A DNA stretch of 64,000 nt from an uncultured Verrucomicrobiae bacterium. Its GTDB lineage: Bacteria > Verrucomicrobiota > Verrucomicrobiia > Limisphaerales > Palsa-1400. The position numbers and the translations under genes are program-made. A model generated the notes under the pieces. The model searched no databases, was not told the origin of the DNA, and saw only the letters and a list, made by a program, of their open reading frames with translations. Of the stretch, positions 35,041-44,737 are shown piece by piece. Positions within the stretch are counted from its first letter, which is position 1. Each line of letters begins with the position of its first letter. The stretch lies in contig CAWFAZ010000049.1 of assembly GCA_963813995.1 (NCBI GenBank), forward strand, positions 71,593 through 135,592, given 5' to 3'.

Positions 35041-35149
35041 TTTTAATCTTAATCTTAATCTTCTTCAGGGACGAAAGGGACCAAAGGGCCGAAAGGGACA
35101 AGATTAGGATTAAGATTAGGATTAGGATCAGGATTAGGATTGGGAATCA
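35036..35149. repeat. period-6 YTAATC/GATTAR inverted array (hexamer-array locus 3) with a 3 x 9-mer loop
   Basis: Left arm CCTAAT TTTAAT CTTAAT CTTAAT (35036-35059). Loop has ACGAAAGGG ACCAAAGGG CCGAAAGGG (35071-35097). Right arm GATTAG GATTAA GATTAG GATTAG GATCAG GATTAG GATTGG (35102-35143). Both convergent stop codons lie at or inside the arms. Confidence 0.85.
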
Positions 35150-36024
35150 AAAGGGTTCCTCCGGGTGGTCGCGCAGGTATTGCGTCAGACCGGGCAGGGG
35201 AAAGGAGAGAAGTTTTTGGATTTTGGAACAGTTTAAGGACACGTCCTCCGGACGCGGCGCGCCCTGGTATTCCCGCAGCGAACAGGCTTCGATGCGGGGC
35301 TTGAGTTCAGGATGGCGGGCCGCCGCCAATTCGCCAATGGCCACGCGTGAAAGGCGCTCGCTTCCGGCCAGATGATACAGCCCGGACCGGCGTTGCCCGG
35401 CCAATTCCCAGACAGCGCGGGCCGTCACCGGGGCCGGAATCGGGCTGCGAAATTCATCGAAAAACAACTTCACCGCCCAGCCCTTTTTCCAGGCGGCCTG
35501 CATCTGCTCGTTGTAGGCGATGCCGCCTTTTAGCGAAGCGCCGCTGTTCAACGAAGTGCGAATGATCGTGTGCCGCGGATTTGTCAACACGATTTGTTCG
35601 GCCTGAACTTTTGTCTCCGCATAAACGCCCGGTGGATTGACAGGTCCGTCTCAATGTAATTGCCTTTGCGCCCGTCAAAAACCAAATCGGTGGAAAAGAA
35701 TATAAAATCAGCCTCCGCCGCCAGGGCGGCCAGATGGGCCGTTGCCTCGACGTTGATTTTTTTGGCCAGCGCGGGATTGGCCTGGCAGGCGGTGCTCTGG
35801 GACAGCGCCGCGCAATGGATGACCAGGGCCGGACGGTCCGCGCGAAACCGTTTATCGACGGACGCAAAATCCGTCAAGTCCAGCATGGGGCGGATGAGGG
35901 GAATGATTTCGAATGGGGCCTGGCCGGGCGTTTTTGTATCGGCCAGATAACGGCCAATCAAACCGCCCGCCCCGGTGATCCAGGCGCGCCTGGAAGGCTC
36001 ATTGGTTTGCATCTCATCCCGCAT
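35147..36024 (-). pseudogene. RmlD-type SDR (dTDP-4-dehydrorhamnose reductase-like), split by a 1-nt frameshift
   Basis: ORFs 35584-36024 (WITGAGGLIGRYL Rossmann motif ... FSTDLVFDGRKGNYIETD) and 35147-35590. Reading the lower frame upstream of its start gives PVNPPGVYAETKVQAEQIVLTNPRHTIIRTS, which continues the upper ORF. One C is missing at plus-strand 35643-35644. Confidence 0.8.
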
Positions 36025-37021
36025 TGGCCAACGGTTGCGAAGAGATTTGCAACATGCGTTCGATCGGCAACCTGGCCCGTTGCATGATGTCGGCGCTCAA
36101 TTCCACCCTGGGATTGAGCTGGGCCATGCAATCGTAAAGTTTTTCCAGCGTGTTCATTTTCATGAATTTGCACTCGTTGCAGCGGCAATTCTCCACCGGC
36201 ACGGGAATAAACCGTTTGCCCGGGCACTCTTTGAGCAGGCGATGAATCATGCCGGCCTCGGTGGCAATCAGGAAGGCCGGGGCCGGAGAGCGTTTGCAAA
36301 AGGCGACCATCTGTTCCGTCGAACAAATTTCGTCGGCCAACAGGCGCACGGCTTTGGTGCATTCCGGATGGGCGACGAGCGGGGCGTCGGGAAAATCCCG
36401 GCGAATGCGCATGACGCCGGCGTGGGTGAACTCGACGTGCGCATAACAACTGCCGGCCCACAAAGTCATTTTCCGCCCGGTCTGTTCCATCACCCAGGCG
36501 CCGAGGTTTTCATCGGGCACGAACAGGAGGTCGCGGTCTTTGGGGGCGGCATTGATAATTTTGACCGCGTTGCCGCTGGTGCATATAACATCGCTGAGGG
36601 CCTTGACCTCCGCGCTGCAATTGATGTAGGTCACCGTGTAAAAATTGGGATTGGTGGCCTGCAAGGCCTTCAATTTCGGCGCGGGGCAGCTTTCCTCCAG
36701 GGAACAGCCCGCGTCCTTGTCAGGAAGAATAACGGTCCTGGTTGGATTGAGGATTTTGGCCGTTTCCGCCATGAAATGCACGCCGCAGAAAACAATCACA
36801 TCGGCGTTGGTTTTGGCGGCCTGTTGGGAGAGGCCGAGGGAATCGCCCACGAAATCGGCGACATCCTGGATTTCGGGCACCTGGTAATTATGGGCCAGGA
36901 TAATGGCGTTCAAGCTGTGTTTGAGCTTGAGAATATCGCGCGACAAGGCATCCAGCCGTTCCGGCGGCAAAGGAATTCGCGTGACAAACTCCGCCTGCCC
37001 CGTTGGTTGAGCTTCAATCAT
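36014..37021 (-). CDS. nadA: quinolinate synthase
   Basis: 335 aa. ILAHNYQVPEIQDVADFVGDSL and conserved Cys ligands (CGVHFM, NCSAEVK, CxCNEC) over the full length. Confidence 0.93.
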   Translation of the reverse strand: MIEAQPTGQAEFVTRIPLPPERLDALSRDILKLKHSLNAIILAHNYQVPEIQDVADFVGDSLGLSQQAAKTNADVIVFCGVHFMAETAKILNPTRTVILPDKDAGCSLEESCPAPKLKALQATNPNFYTVTYINCSAEVKALSDVICTSGNAVKIINAAPKDRDLLFVPDENLGAWVMEQTGRKMTLWAGSCYAHVEFTHAGVMRIRRDFPDAPLVAHPECTKAVRLLADEICSTEQMVAFCKRSPAPAFLIATEAGMIHRLLKECPGKRFIPVPVENCRCNECKFMKMNTLEKLYDCMAQLNPRVELSADIMQRARLPIERMLQISSQPLANAG

Positions 37022-37024
37022 TAA

Positions 37025-40000
37025 TTAACTGCACCCCAGGCTTTCGCCGCAGTTGAGGCACTTGTAGCAGGCGCCGTTGCGCACGGCGACGTGGCCGCAA
37101 TTGGGGCAGGTGGGGGCGTCGGTTTGAAAATTCCCGAGTTGCTGGCTCAAAGGTGAAAGGACACGCCCGTTGGAGGGAGCCGCCGGATTGCCATGGCCAT
37201 TCCCCTTGCCCTCCGGGCTGCGCGCCGCCGGCTGAATCAGAATGTCGGTGTCTTCCGAGAGCGGCAGGTCAGGCACCGGCCGGTTTATTTTTTTTTTGAC
37301 CTCTTCCATGAGGCCGGGCATGGCCAGTTCGGGCTGGGTGCGCGAGGCGAGATTGGCCTCGCGGTAGCCCGGGATAAACTGGAGGGCCAGCCAGCGAAAG
37401 ACGTAGTCAATAATGGAAGCGGCGTTGCGAATTTCCGGGTTTTTGGTGAAGCCGGACGGCTCGAAGCGTTGATGCGCAAACTTCCGCAGCAACGCTTCGA
37501 GCGGAACGCCGTATTGCAGCGCGAGGCTGGTCAGCGTGCCTATGGTGTCCATCAGCCCCCCAATGGTCGATCCCTCCTTGGCCATGGTGATAAACAGCTC
37601 GCCGGGTTGTCCGTTGTCAAACAGGCCGACGGTCAAATAGCCTTCATGCCCGGCAATGTCGAATTTATGAGTGACAGCCGTGCGGGTGTCGGGCAGGCGG
37701 CGGCGCAAGGGCTGGCCGTCCCGGGCCTTGAACCTTTCGATCTCGGCTTCCAATTCGTGGAGGCGGGCCGCGGCGGCCGGTTCTTCGCCTTCCCTGGTCT
37801 TCCTGGTGTTGAGCGGCTGCGAGCGCTTGGAACCGTCACGATAAATGGCGACGCATTTGAGGCCCATTTTCCAGGCTTGCACGTAGGCGTCCTTGATGTC
37901 TTCGACCGTGCATTCGTGGGGCAGATTGACTGTTTTGGAAATGGCGCCGCTGATGAAGGGCTGGGTGGCACCCATCATTTTCAAATGGGCCATGTAACTG
38001 ATGCTGCGCTTGCCGCGCCAGGCCTTGAAGGCGCAATCGAACACGGGCAAATGGGCGGGTTTCAGGCCGCTGGAGAGGGTGGCGCCATTGTCTTCGACAT
38101 CCTCGATGGTGTCGAATTTTTCGACGTGGGCGAGGATCGGGGCAATTTCCTTTTCGGCATAGCCGAGGCGGCGCAGGGCGTCCGGGACGCCGCGGTTGAC
38201 CATTTTGAACATGCCGCCGCCGGCGAGGAGTTTATACTTGACTAACGCGATGTCGGGTTCGACGCCGGTGGTGTCGCAATCCATGAGGAAGGCAATGGTG
38301 CCGGTGGGGGCCAGGACGGTGACCTGGGCGTTGCGATAGCCCGATTCGCGGCCGCGATCGAGGGCGCGGGTCCAGCACTGGCGCGCTTCCTCTTTCAGGC
38401 AGGCGAACTCGGTGCTGGGATGAATGTCTTCGACGGCGGCGCGATGCTGTTGGATGACGCCGAGCATGGCGGCAACGTTGTCCCTGGCGGCGGGGCGGCT
38501 GACATGGGCGCAGCGGGCGTCGAAGTAACCCTTGAACGGCCCCATGACGCTGGCGAGGTCGGCGGATTGCTCGTAAGCGTGGCCGGTCATGATGGCGGTC
38601 AGGGCGCCGGCCAAAGCGCGGGCTTCGTTGGAATCGTAAGGCAGGCCGTAGCTCATAATGAGGGAGCCCAGGTTGGCGTAGCCCAGTCCGAGGGTGCGAA
38701 AGACATGCGAGTTTTCGGCGATTTCCCGGGTCGGATAGCTGGCGTTATCGACGATGATTTCCTGGGCGGCGATGAAAATGCGGACGGCGGCTTTGAACCG
38801 TTGGATGTCAAACCTGCCATCGTCGCATTTGAACTTCATCAAATTGAGGGAGGCAAGATTGCAGGCGGTATTGTTGAGAAAGACGTATTCGGAGCAGGGA
38901 TTGGTGGAATGAATCGGCTCGGTGCCTTTGCAGGTGTGCCACTTTTGGATGGCGCCGTCGTATTGCAAACCGGGATCGCCGCAGGTCCAGGTCCCGGCGG
39001 CAATTTTATGGAGCAAAGCGGCGGCATCCTTCTTTTCCAGGGGAGCGCCGGTCACCGTGCGGGTGAGCCATTCTTTGCCGCCGAGGGCGGCGTGCATGAA
39101 GTCATCGCTGGCCCGCACGGAGAGGTTTTCGTTTTGGTACATGACACTGCCATAGGCGTCGCCATTGTAGGAGCCGTCGTAGCCCTGCTCGATCAAGGCC
39201 CAGGCCTTCCTTTCCTCCTTCTGTTTGGCGTCAATGAACTCCTCGATGTCGCCGTGGGAATCGCGCAACGTGTTCATCTTGGCGGCCCGGCGGGTTTTGC
39301 CGCCGGATTTGACGACATTGGCCACCTGGTCATAGACCTTGAGAAAGGAGAGGGGGCCGCTGGGACGGCCGCCGCCGCTGAGTTTTTCGCGGCTGGAACG
39401 AATCGGGCTGAGATCGGTGCCGGTGCCGGAACCGTATTTGAAAAGCATGGCCTCGCTATGGGCCAGATGCATGATGCTTTCCATGTTGTCATCCACGGAC
39501 TGAATGAAGCAGGCGCTGCCTTGGGGAAATTCGTATTGGGTGCGGGCCCGTTCGGGGGATTGAGTCTGGCGATTGTAAAACCAATTGCCGCGCGAGGAGA
39601 CGCGGCCGACGCCATATTGATGGTAGAGACCGACGTTGAACCAGACCGGGGAATTAAAGGCGCCGTACTGATTGAGGCAGAGCCAGACCAATTCATCGTA
39701 AAAAACCTCCCCATTGGCCTTGTCAAAATAACCATCCGCAACGCCCCAATCGGCAATCGTCCGGCAAACGCGATGGATCAGTTGGCGGACGGATGTCTCC
39801 CGTTCCGCTGTATTCAGTTCACCGTAGAAATACTTCGAAACGACCACCTTGGTGGCCAGAAACGACCATGATTTTGGAACTTCGACGTTCTCCTGTTTGA
39901 AAATGACTTTGCCGCCGTCGTCGGTGATTTCAGCCGTGCGGTTTTCCCATTCGATTTGGTCGAAAGGTTTAACGGTTGCGTGGCTGAAAACCCTTTCGAT

Positions 40001-40126
40001 GGGCAGGGATTTGGCGGGAGCCGCACCGGTCAGACGGCCACGAACCGCAGTAGTGGCAGTTGTTTTTGAACGCCGCCGACCTTGAGTCGAAACGGCTGAG
40101 CGAACATGTTCACGCGCATCAATCAT
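37025..40126 (-). CDS. nrdJ: adenosylcobalamin-dependent ribonucleoside-diphosphate reductase (class II)
   Basis: 1033 aa. Active-site loop NPCSEYVFLNNTACNLASLNL. Class II-type length. C-terminal zinc ribbon CPNCG...CYKCLNCG. Confidence 0.93.
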   Translation of the reverse strand: MIDAREHVRSAVSTQGRRRSKTTATTAVRGRLTGAAPAKSLPIERVFSHATVKPFDQIEWENRTAEITDDGGKVIFKQENVEVPKSWSFLATKVVVSKYFYGELNTAERETSVRQLIHRVCRTIADWGVADGYFDKANGEVFYDELVWLCLNQYGAFNSPVWFNVGLYHQYGVGRVSSRGNWFYNRQTQSPERARTQYEFPQGSACFIQSVDDNMESIMHLAHSEAMLFKYGSGTGTDLSPIRSSREKLSGGGRPSGPLSFLKVYDQVANVVKSGGKTRRAAKMNTLRDSHGDIEEFIDAKQKEERKAWALIEQGYDGSYNGDAYGSVMYQNENLSVRASDDFMHAALGGKEWLTRTVTGAPLEKKDAAALLHKIAAGTWTCGDPGLQYDGAIQKWHTCKGTEPIHSTNPCSEYVFLNNTACNLASLNLMKFKCDDGRFDIQRFKAAVRIFIAAQEIIVDNASYPTREIAENSHVFRTLGLGYANLGSLIMSYGLPYDSNEARALAGALTAIMTGHAYEQSADLASVMGPFKGYFDARCAHVSRPAARDNVAAMLGVIQQHRAAVEDIHPSTEFACLKEEARQCWTRALDRGRESGYRNAQVTVLAPTGTIAFLMDCDTTGVEPDIALVKYKLLAGGGMFKMVNRGVPDALRRLGYAEKEIAPILAHVEKFDTIEDVEDNGATLSSGLKPAHLPVFDCAFKAWRGKRSISYMAHLKMMGATQPFISGAISKTVNLPHECTVEDIKDAYVQAWKMGLKCVAIYRDGSKRSQPLNTRKTREGEEPAAAARLHELEAEIERFKARDGQPLRRRLPDTRTAVTHKFDIAGHEGYLTVGLFDNGQPGELFITMAKEGSTIGGLMDTIGTLTSLALQYGVPLEALLRKFAHQRFEPSGFTKNPEIRNAASIIDYVFRWLALQFIPGYREANLASRTQPELAMPGLMEEVKKKINRPVPDLPLSEDTDILIQPAARSPEGKGNGHGNPAAPSNGRVLSPLSQQLGNFQTDAPTCPNCGHVAVRNGACYKCLNCGESLGCS

Positions 40127-40257
40127 AGAAAATGCCTTATTTTCGTGTCTTCAGTTAAAAATTCTCCAAAATACAAATATCCGGCCCCCACTCTCGGAAA
40201 AAAGGCGGTCATTTCCAGACCGCCAGCCCCATTCAGTAGGGAGTTCGGGCAACTCTA

Positions 40258-40273
40258 ACACCACATATAGTGT
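40258..40273. promoter_or_regulatory. candidate NrdR box upstream of nrdJ
   Basis: ACACCACATATAGTGT matches 14 of 16 positions of the recalled NrdR-box palindrome acaCwAtATaTwGtgt. Lies 132 nt upstream of the nrdJ ATG. No convincing second box. Confidence 0.4.
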
Positions 40274-40427
40274 CGGCAAGAGAAATCTGAAAAAAAAGTT
40301 ATTCGCGGGGTTGTTCACGGGCAATGGCCTCGATTTGCGCCCAAAAACCGCTCTTTTTTAAGGCATTGTGAACAAGGTTGGGCGGCCCATTGTGAACAAC
40401 TTTAGGCGGTTTCAGGGTGGCTGGCGG

Positions 40428-41939
40428 TCATTTTGCTCTGCGAAGGTGTCGATTGCGGTTGGGTTTGTGGGTTTGGGGACGGGATCTGCCGGGTTTTGCC
40501 TTGCGAACGGGCGCAATGGTCTTGGCCCGCGCCCGCCCCACCAGCACGATGGGGCAGCCTTCGAAACCGAAAGCGCGCCGCATTTCGCCCGCCAAATACT
40601 TTTTATATTGGTCCGAAAACAAATCTTCGCGGTTGACGAACAAGAGAAAAGTGGGCGGCGATTGTCTGACCTGCGTGGCGTAAAAGAACTTTAAACGGTG
40701 CCCGGCCGAGCTGACGGGCTGGCGGCGTTCGATGGCATCGCGCAAAGTGCGGTTGAGGATGGCGGTGGGCACCTTTTGTTGCAATTGGGCGGCGACGTAG
40801 CGGATCGATTCGAGCAGGCGGTCCAAATGGAAGCCCGATTTGGCCGAGGTGAAAAGGACCGGGGCATAATCGAGAAAAAACAAGTGTTCCTGCACCCATT
40901 GGGCGAATTCCGACAGGCTGGTGAGCGGTTTGTCCTGGCCTTCGCGTCTTTTTTTGCCGTCCTCCCGGCGCAATTCTTTTCGCGCGGTCTCCAGCTCCGG
41001 CGCCACGAGATCCCATTTGTTGACAACCAAAATGCAGGCCTTGCGCTCCTCGACGATTTTGCCGGCGACCTTTTTATCCTGGCTCGTCATGCCGGATTCC
41101 GCGTCCATCACAAAAATGACAATGTCACTGCGGGCGATGGAATCATCCGTCCGTTTAACGCTGAAAAACTCGACGGAATCGTCGATGCGCCGTTCCTGGC
41201 GGACGCCGGCGGTGTCAATCAAAACGTATTTTTGCCGCACCCCGTCCGTCTCCACTTCGAAGGGAACATCCACCGCATCGCGCGTCGTGCCTGGAATGGG
41301 GGTGACAATGACCCGTTGCGAATGGGTCAAGGCATTGATCAAGGAGGATTTGCCGACGTTGGGCCGGCCCACGACGGCCAGCTTGAGAGAGGGTTCGGCG
41401 TCGGGAACTTTCTTCTCCGCCCCGGCGGTTTCGGGCGGCAGCAGCGCCACGGCGGCGTCCATCAACGCATCAATGCCCCGATGGTGAATGGCGCTGACCG
41501 GAAAGATTTTGGGAAAACCCAGCGCGGCAAATTCATCGGCCCCGGCCTCTTCGCGGTCGTTATCGGTCTTGTTGACAGCCACCAGCACCTTCTTGCCGGA
41601 ATGCTGCAGGCGTTGCGCGACCTCGCGGTCCAGCGGGACGATCCCTTCCCGCACATCGACGACCAGGATGATGACCGCGGCGGCGTCAATGGCCAATTGC
41701 ACCTGCCCGATGGCCGCTTGCGCGATGAGGGTTTGCGCCTTTTCCCGCCGCGACAGTCCGATGCCGCCGGTGTCCACGAGGGTAAAGACGCGCCCATGCC
41801 ATTCAGCCTCGGCGGTGACGCGGTCGCGCGTGACCCCTGGTTCGTCGTGGACAATGGCGATGCGCTTTCCGACGATGCGATTAAACAGCGCGGATTTACC
41901 GACGTTGGGCCGTCCCACAATGGCGATTAAACCTGACAT
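40428..41939 (-). CDS. der: ribosome biogenesis GTPase Der (EngA)
   Basis: 503 aa. Two tandem GTPase domains (GRPNVGKSALFN / DTGG / NKTD, and GRPNVGKSSLIN / DTAG / NKWD), a KH-like domain, and a basic C-terminal tail. Confidence 0.93.
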   Translation of the reverse strand: MSGLIAIVGRPNVGKSALFNRIVGKRIAIVHDEPGVTRDRVTAEAEWHGRVFTLVDTGGIGLSRREKAQTLIAQAAIGQVQLAIDAAAVIILVVDVREGIVPLDREVAQRLQHSGKKVLVAVNKTDNDREEAGADEFAALGFPKIFPVSAIHHRGIDALMDAAVALLPPETAGAEKKVPDAEPSLKLAVVGRPNVGKSSLINALTHSQRVIVTPIPGTTRDAVDVPFEVETDGVRQKYVLIDTAGVRQERRIDDSVEFFSVKRTDDSIARSDIVIFVMDAESGMTSQDKKVAGKIVEERKACILVVNKWDLVAPELETARKELRREDGKKRREGQDKPLTSLSEFAQWVQEHLFFLDYAPVLFTSAKSGFHLDRLLESIRYVAAQLQQKVPTAILNRTLRDAIERRQPVSSAGHRLKFFYATQVRQSPPTFLLFVNREDLFSDQYKKYLAGEMRRAFGFEGCPIVLVGRARAKTIAPVRKAKPGRSRPQTHKPNRNRHLRRAK

Positions 41940-42061
41940 TTTTCAACTTTCGATTCATGGACTCGCACGACGGGGCAATATTGCGAATCCCGGCTGGTTC
42001 CTGGGCATATCATCGTTGCTCAGGACGGGAATATCAAGAGCGGACATGCTCCCTTCCACTC

Positions 42062-42090
42062 TTGACGTTGCGGGGCTTGACTCTTAGATT
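42062..42090 (+). promoter_or_regulatory. candidate sigma70-type promoter for mazEF-like operon
   Basis: TTGACG (42062-42067), 17-nt spacer, TAGATT (42085-42090). The GTG start at 42097 is only 6 nt further on, which would imply a leaderless or near-leaderless mRNA. Confidence 0.3.
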
Positions 42091-42096
42091 GCCAAC

Positions 42097-42348
42097 GTGA
42101 AATCCAAAATAATTCACCTGGCCGATTCGCCGGCCATCCCGGTGCCGCAACCGCTGCTGGATGTCTGCCACTTGCAGAACGAGGTGGAAGTGGAGGCGCA
42201 GGGTGGATGCCTGGTCATACGCAGCCTGAAACCCGCGCGCGAAGGGTGGGAGGAGGCCTTTCGCAAAATGGCCGCGAGCGAAGATGACAAGCTGATTCTC
42301 AATGATGCTCCGCGCAACCGCTGGGATGAGGAGGAATGGGAATGGTAG
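42097..42348 (+). CDS. mazE: AbrB/MazE/SpoVT-family antitoxin
   Basis: 83 aa, GTG start. SpoVT-AbrB-like N-terminal segment and acidic C-terminal tail (WDEEEWEW). Overlaps the toxin gene by 13 nt. Confidence 0.72.
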   Translation: MKSKIIHLADSPAIPVPQPLLDVCHLQNEVEVEAQGGCLVIRSLKPAREGWEEAFRKMAASEDDKLILNDAPRNRWDEEEWEW

Positions 42349-42665
42349 TCGAACGCTTTGAGGTCTTTCTCATAACGCTCGACCCCGCTCGTGGAATGGA
42401 AATCCAGAAAACCCGTCCCTGCGTGGTGATCTCCCCTGACGAAATGAACCGGCACATCGGCACGATCTTGATCGCCCCGATGACGACGCGCTCGCGGGAT
42501 TATCCTTCACGCGCCGCATGTGTCTTCGGGGGCAAGAGCGGACAAATTGTCTTGGATCAGATTCGAGCGGTGGACAAGAGCCGATTGGTCAAGCGACTCG
42601 GGAGAATTGACGAATCGACCCAATCCGCAGTTCTGGAAGCGCTGGCCAGAATGTTCGCCAAATAA
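42336..42665 (+). CDS. mazF: MazF/PemK-family endoribonuclease toxin
   Basis: 109 aa. FEVFLITLDPARGMEIQKTRPCVVISPDEMN and ILIAPMTT are the classic PemK/MazF pattern. Confidence 0.88.
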   Translation: MGMVVERFEVFLITLDPARGMEIQKTRPCVVISPDEMNRHIGTILIAPMTTRSRDYPSRAACVFGGKSGQIVLDQIRAVDKSRLVKRLGRIDESTQSAVLEALARMFAK

Positions 42666-42715
42666 TTCCATCCATCCGGGAATTTTCTGACTGTAACTTC
42701 GCCATTGCCGGAATA

Positions 42716-43294
42716 TCAATCGGCGCCCTGGGTGTGCAGGTCGTTTTTGAGGATCTCGCCGGTTTTGCCGGAGAGGTAAAGATCGCCGATCTCAACCGTC
42801 TGATCTGGTTTGCCCAGCCGGGCCGACCAGAAGCGGATCTTCCAGGTTGAAGCGATCGCCGTCCGTTCCAGCCAGAATTGAGTGGCTCGCAAATGGAGCT
42901 TTTTCAGCATTGGTTCCTTCAGGGCAATGGCCAGGGCATGGTCGGAATTGATTTTCAGTTTCTTCCAGTCCAATGGCTTGGCGCCGGTGAGCGAATTGAA
43001 CAAATGCCTGGGCCGTGTGATTTCCGTCACCTTGCCGGCGACGAACGTGACTTCCATCGTCTTAAAGGCGGCGGTGGGATCGAAGTAGTCGATATGCCAG
43101 GCATTGGGGGCCAGACTGCCGGTGGATTTCTCCGAATGCATTTGCATTATTCTGTTTTTGGCCTGCGGGGGGATGACTTTGTCGCCCTCCTTGACCAAAG
43201 CGAAGGCGGTCACTTGGGCCGCGGATAAACTTTGACCCGGCCCGCCCAAAGCCAGAGCCAGAAGGGCCAGGATTGAAGAAAGCCGCGATTTCAT
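42716..43294 (-). CDS. secreted hypothetical protein (possibly PepSY-like)
   Basis: ORF 42716-43351. ATG at 43294 gives MKSRLSSILALLALALGGPGQSLSA, a signal peptide. No firm family. Confidence 0.6.
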   Translation of the reverse strand: MKSRLSSILALLALALGGPGQSLSAAQVTAFALVKEGDKVIPPQAKNRIMQMHSEKSTGSLAPNAWHIDYFDPTAAFKTMEVTFVAGKVTEITRPRHLFNSLTGAKPLDWKKLKINSDHALAIALKEPMLKKLHLRATQFWLERTAIASTWKIRFWSARLGKPDQTVEIGDLYLSGKTGEILKNDLHTQGAD

Positions 43295-43344
43295 GGGCGC
43301 AGTGTAGCCCGGGCCGGCCAAAATGCAAAAGCCTTTCGGTTTCC

Positions 43345-43373
43345 TTGACACCGGAGCGTCCTCTCCCTAGGCT
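43345..43373 (+). promoter_or_regulatory. candidate promoter for purA
   Basis: TTGACA (43345-43350), 17-nt spacer, TAGGCT (43368-43373). About 95 nt upstream of the purA ATG. Confidence 0.35.
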
Positions 43374-43398
43374 CCGAACGTAAAGACTTGAGCGGCTG

Positions 43399-43428
43399 CC
43401 CCGGAATTTACTTTCCGGGATTTTTATT
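43399..43428 (+). terminator. intrinsic-terminator-like hairpin within the purA leader
   Basis: CCCCGGAA (43399-43406), loop TTTACT, TTCCGGG (43413-43419), then ATTTTTATT. Ends about 37 nt upstream of the purA ATG. Confidence 0.35.
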
Positions 43429-43465
43429 GTCGCGGCACAGCGCACATGGAACCTGCAAAAAAATT

Positions 43466-44731
<1,266 letters not shown>

Positions 44732-44737
44732 GAAAAG

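Noticed and set aside
40127-40330. Cobalamin riboswitch upstream of the B12-dependent RNR
   Set aside because: I could find no B12-box-like core. The only notable structure is a short hairpin GGCGGTC-ATTTCCA-GACCGCC. B12 riboswitches normally repress B12-independent isozymes rather than nrdJ.
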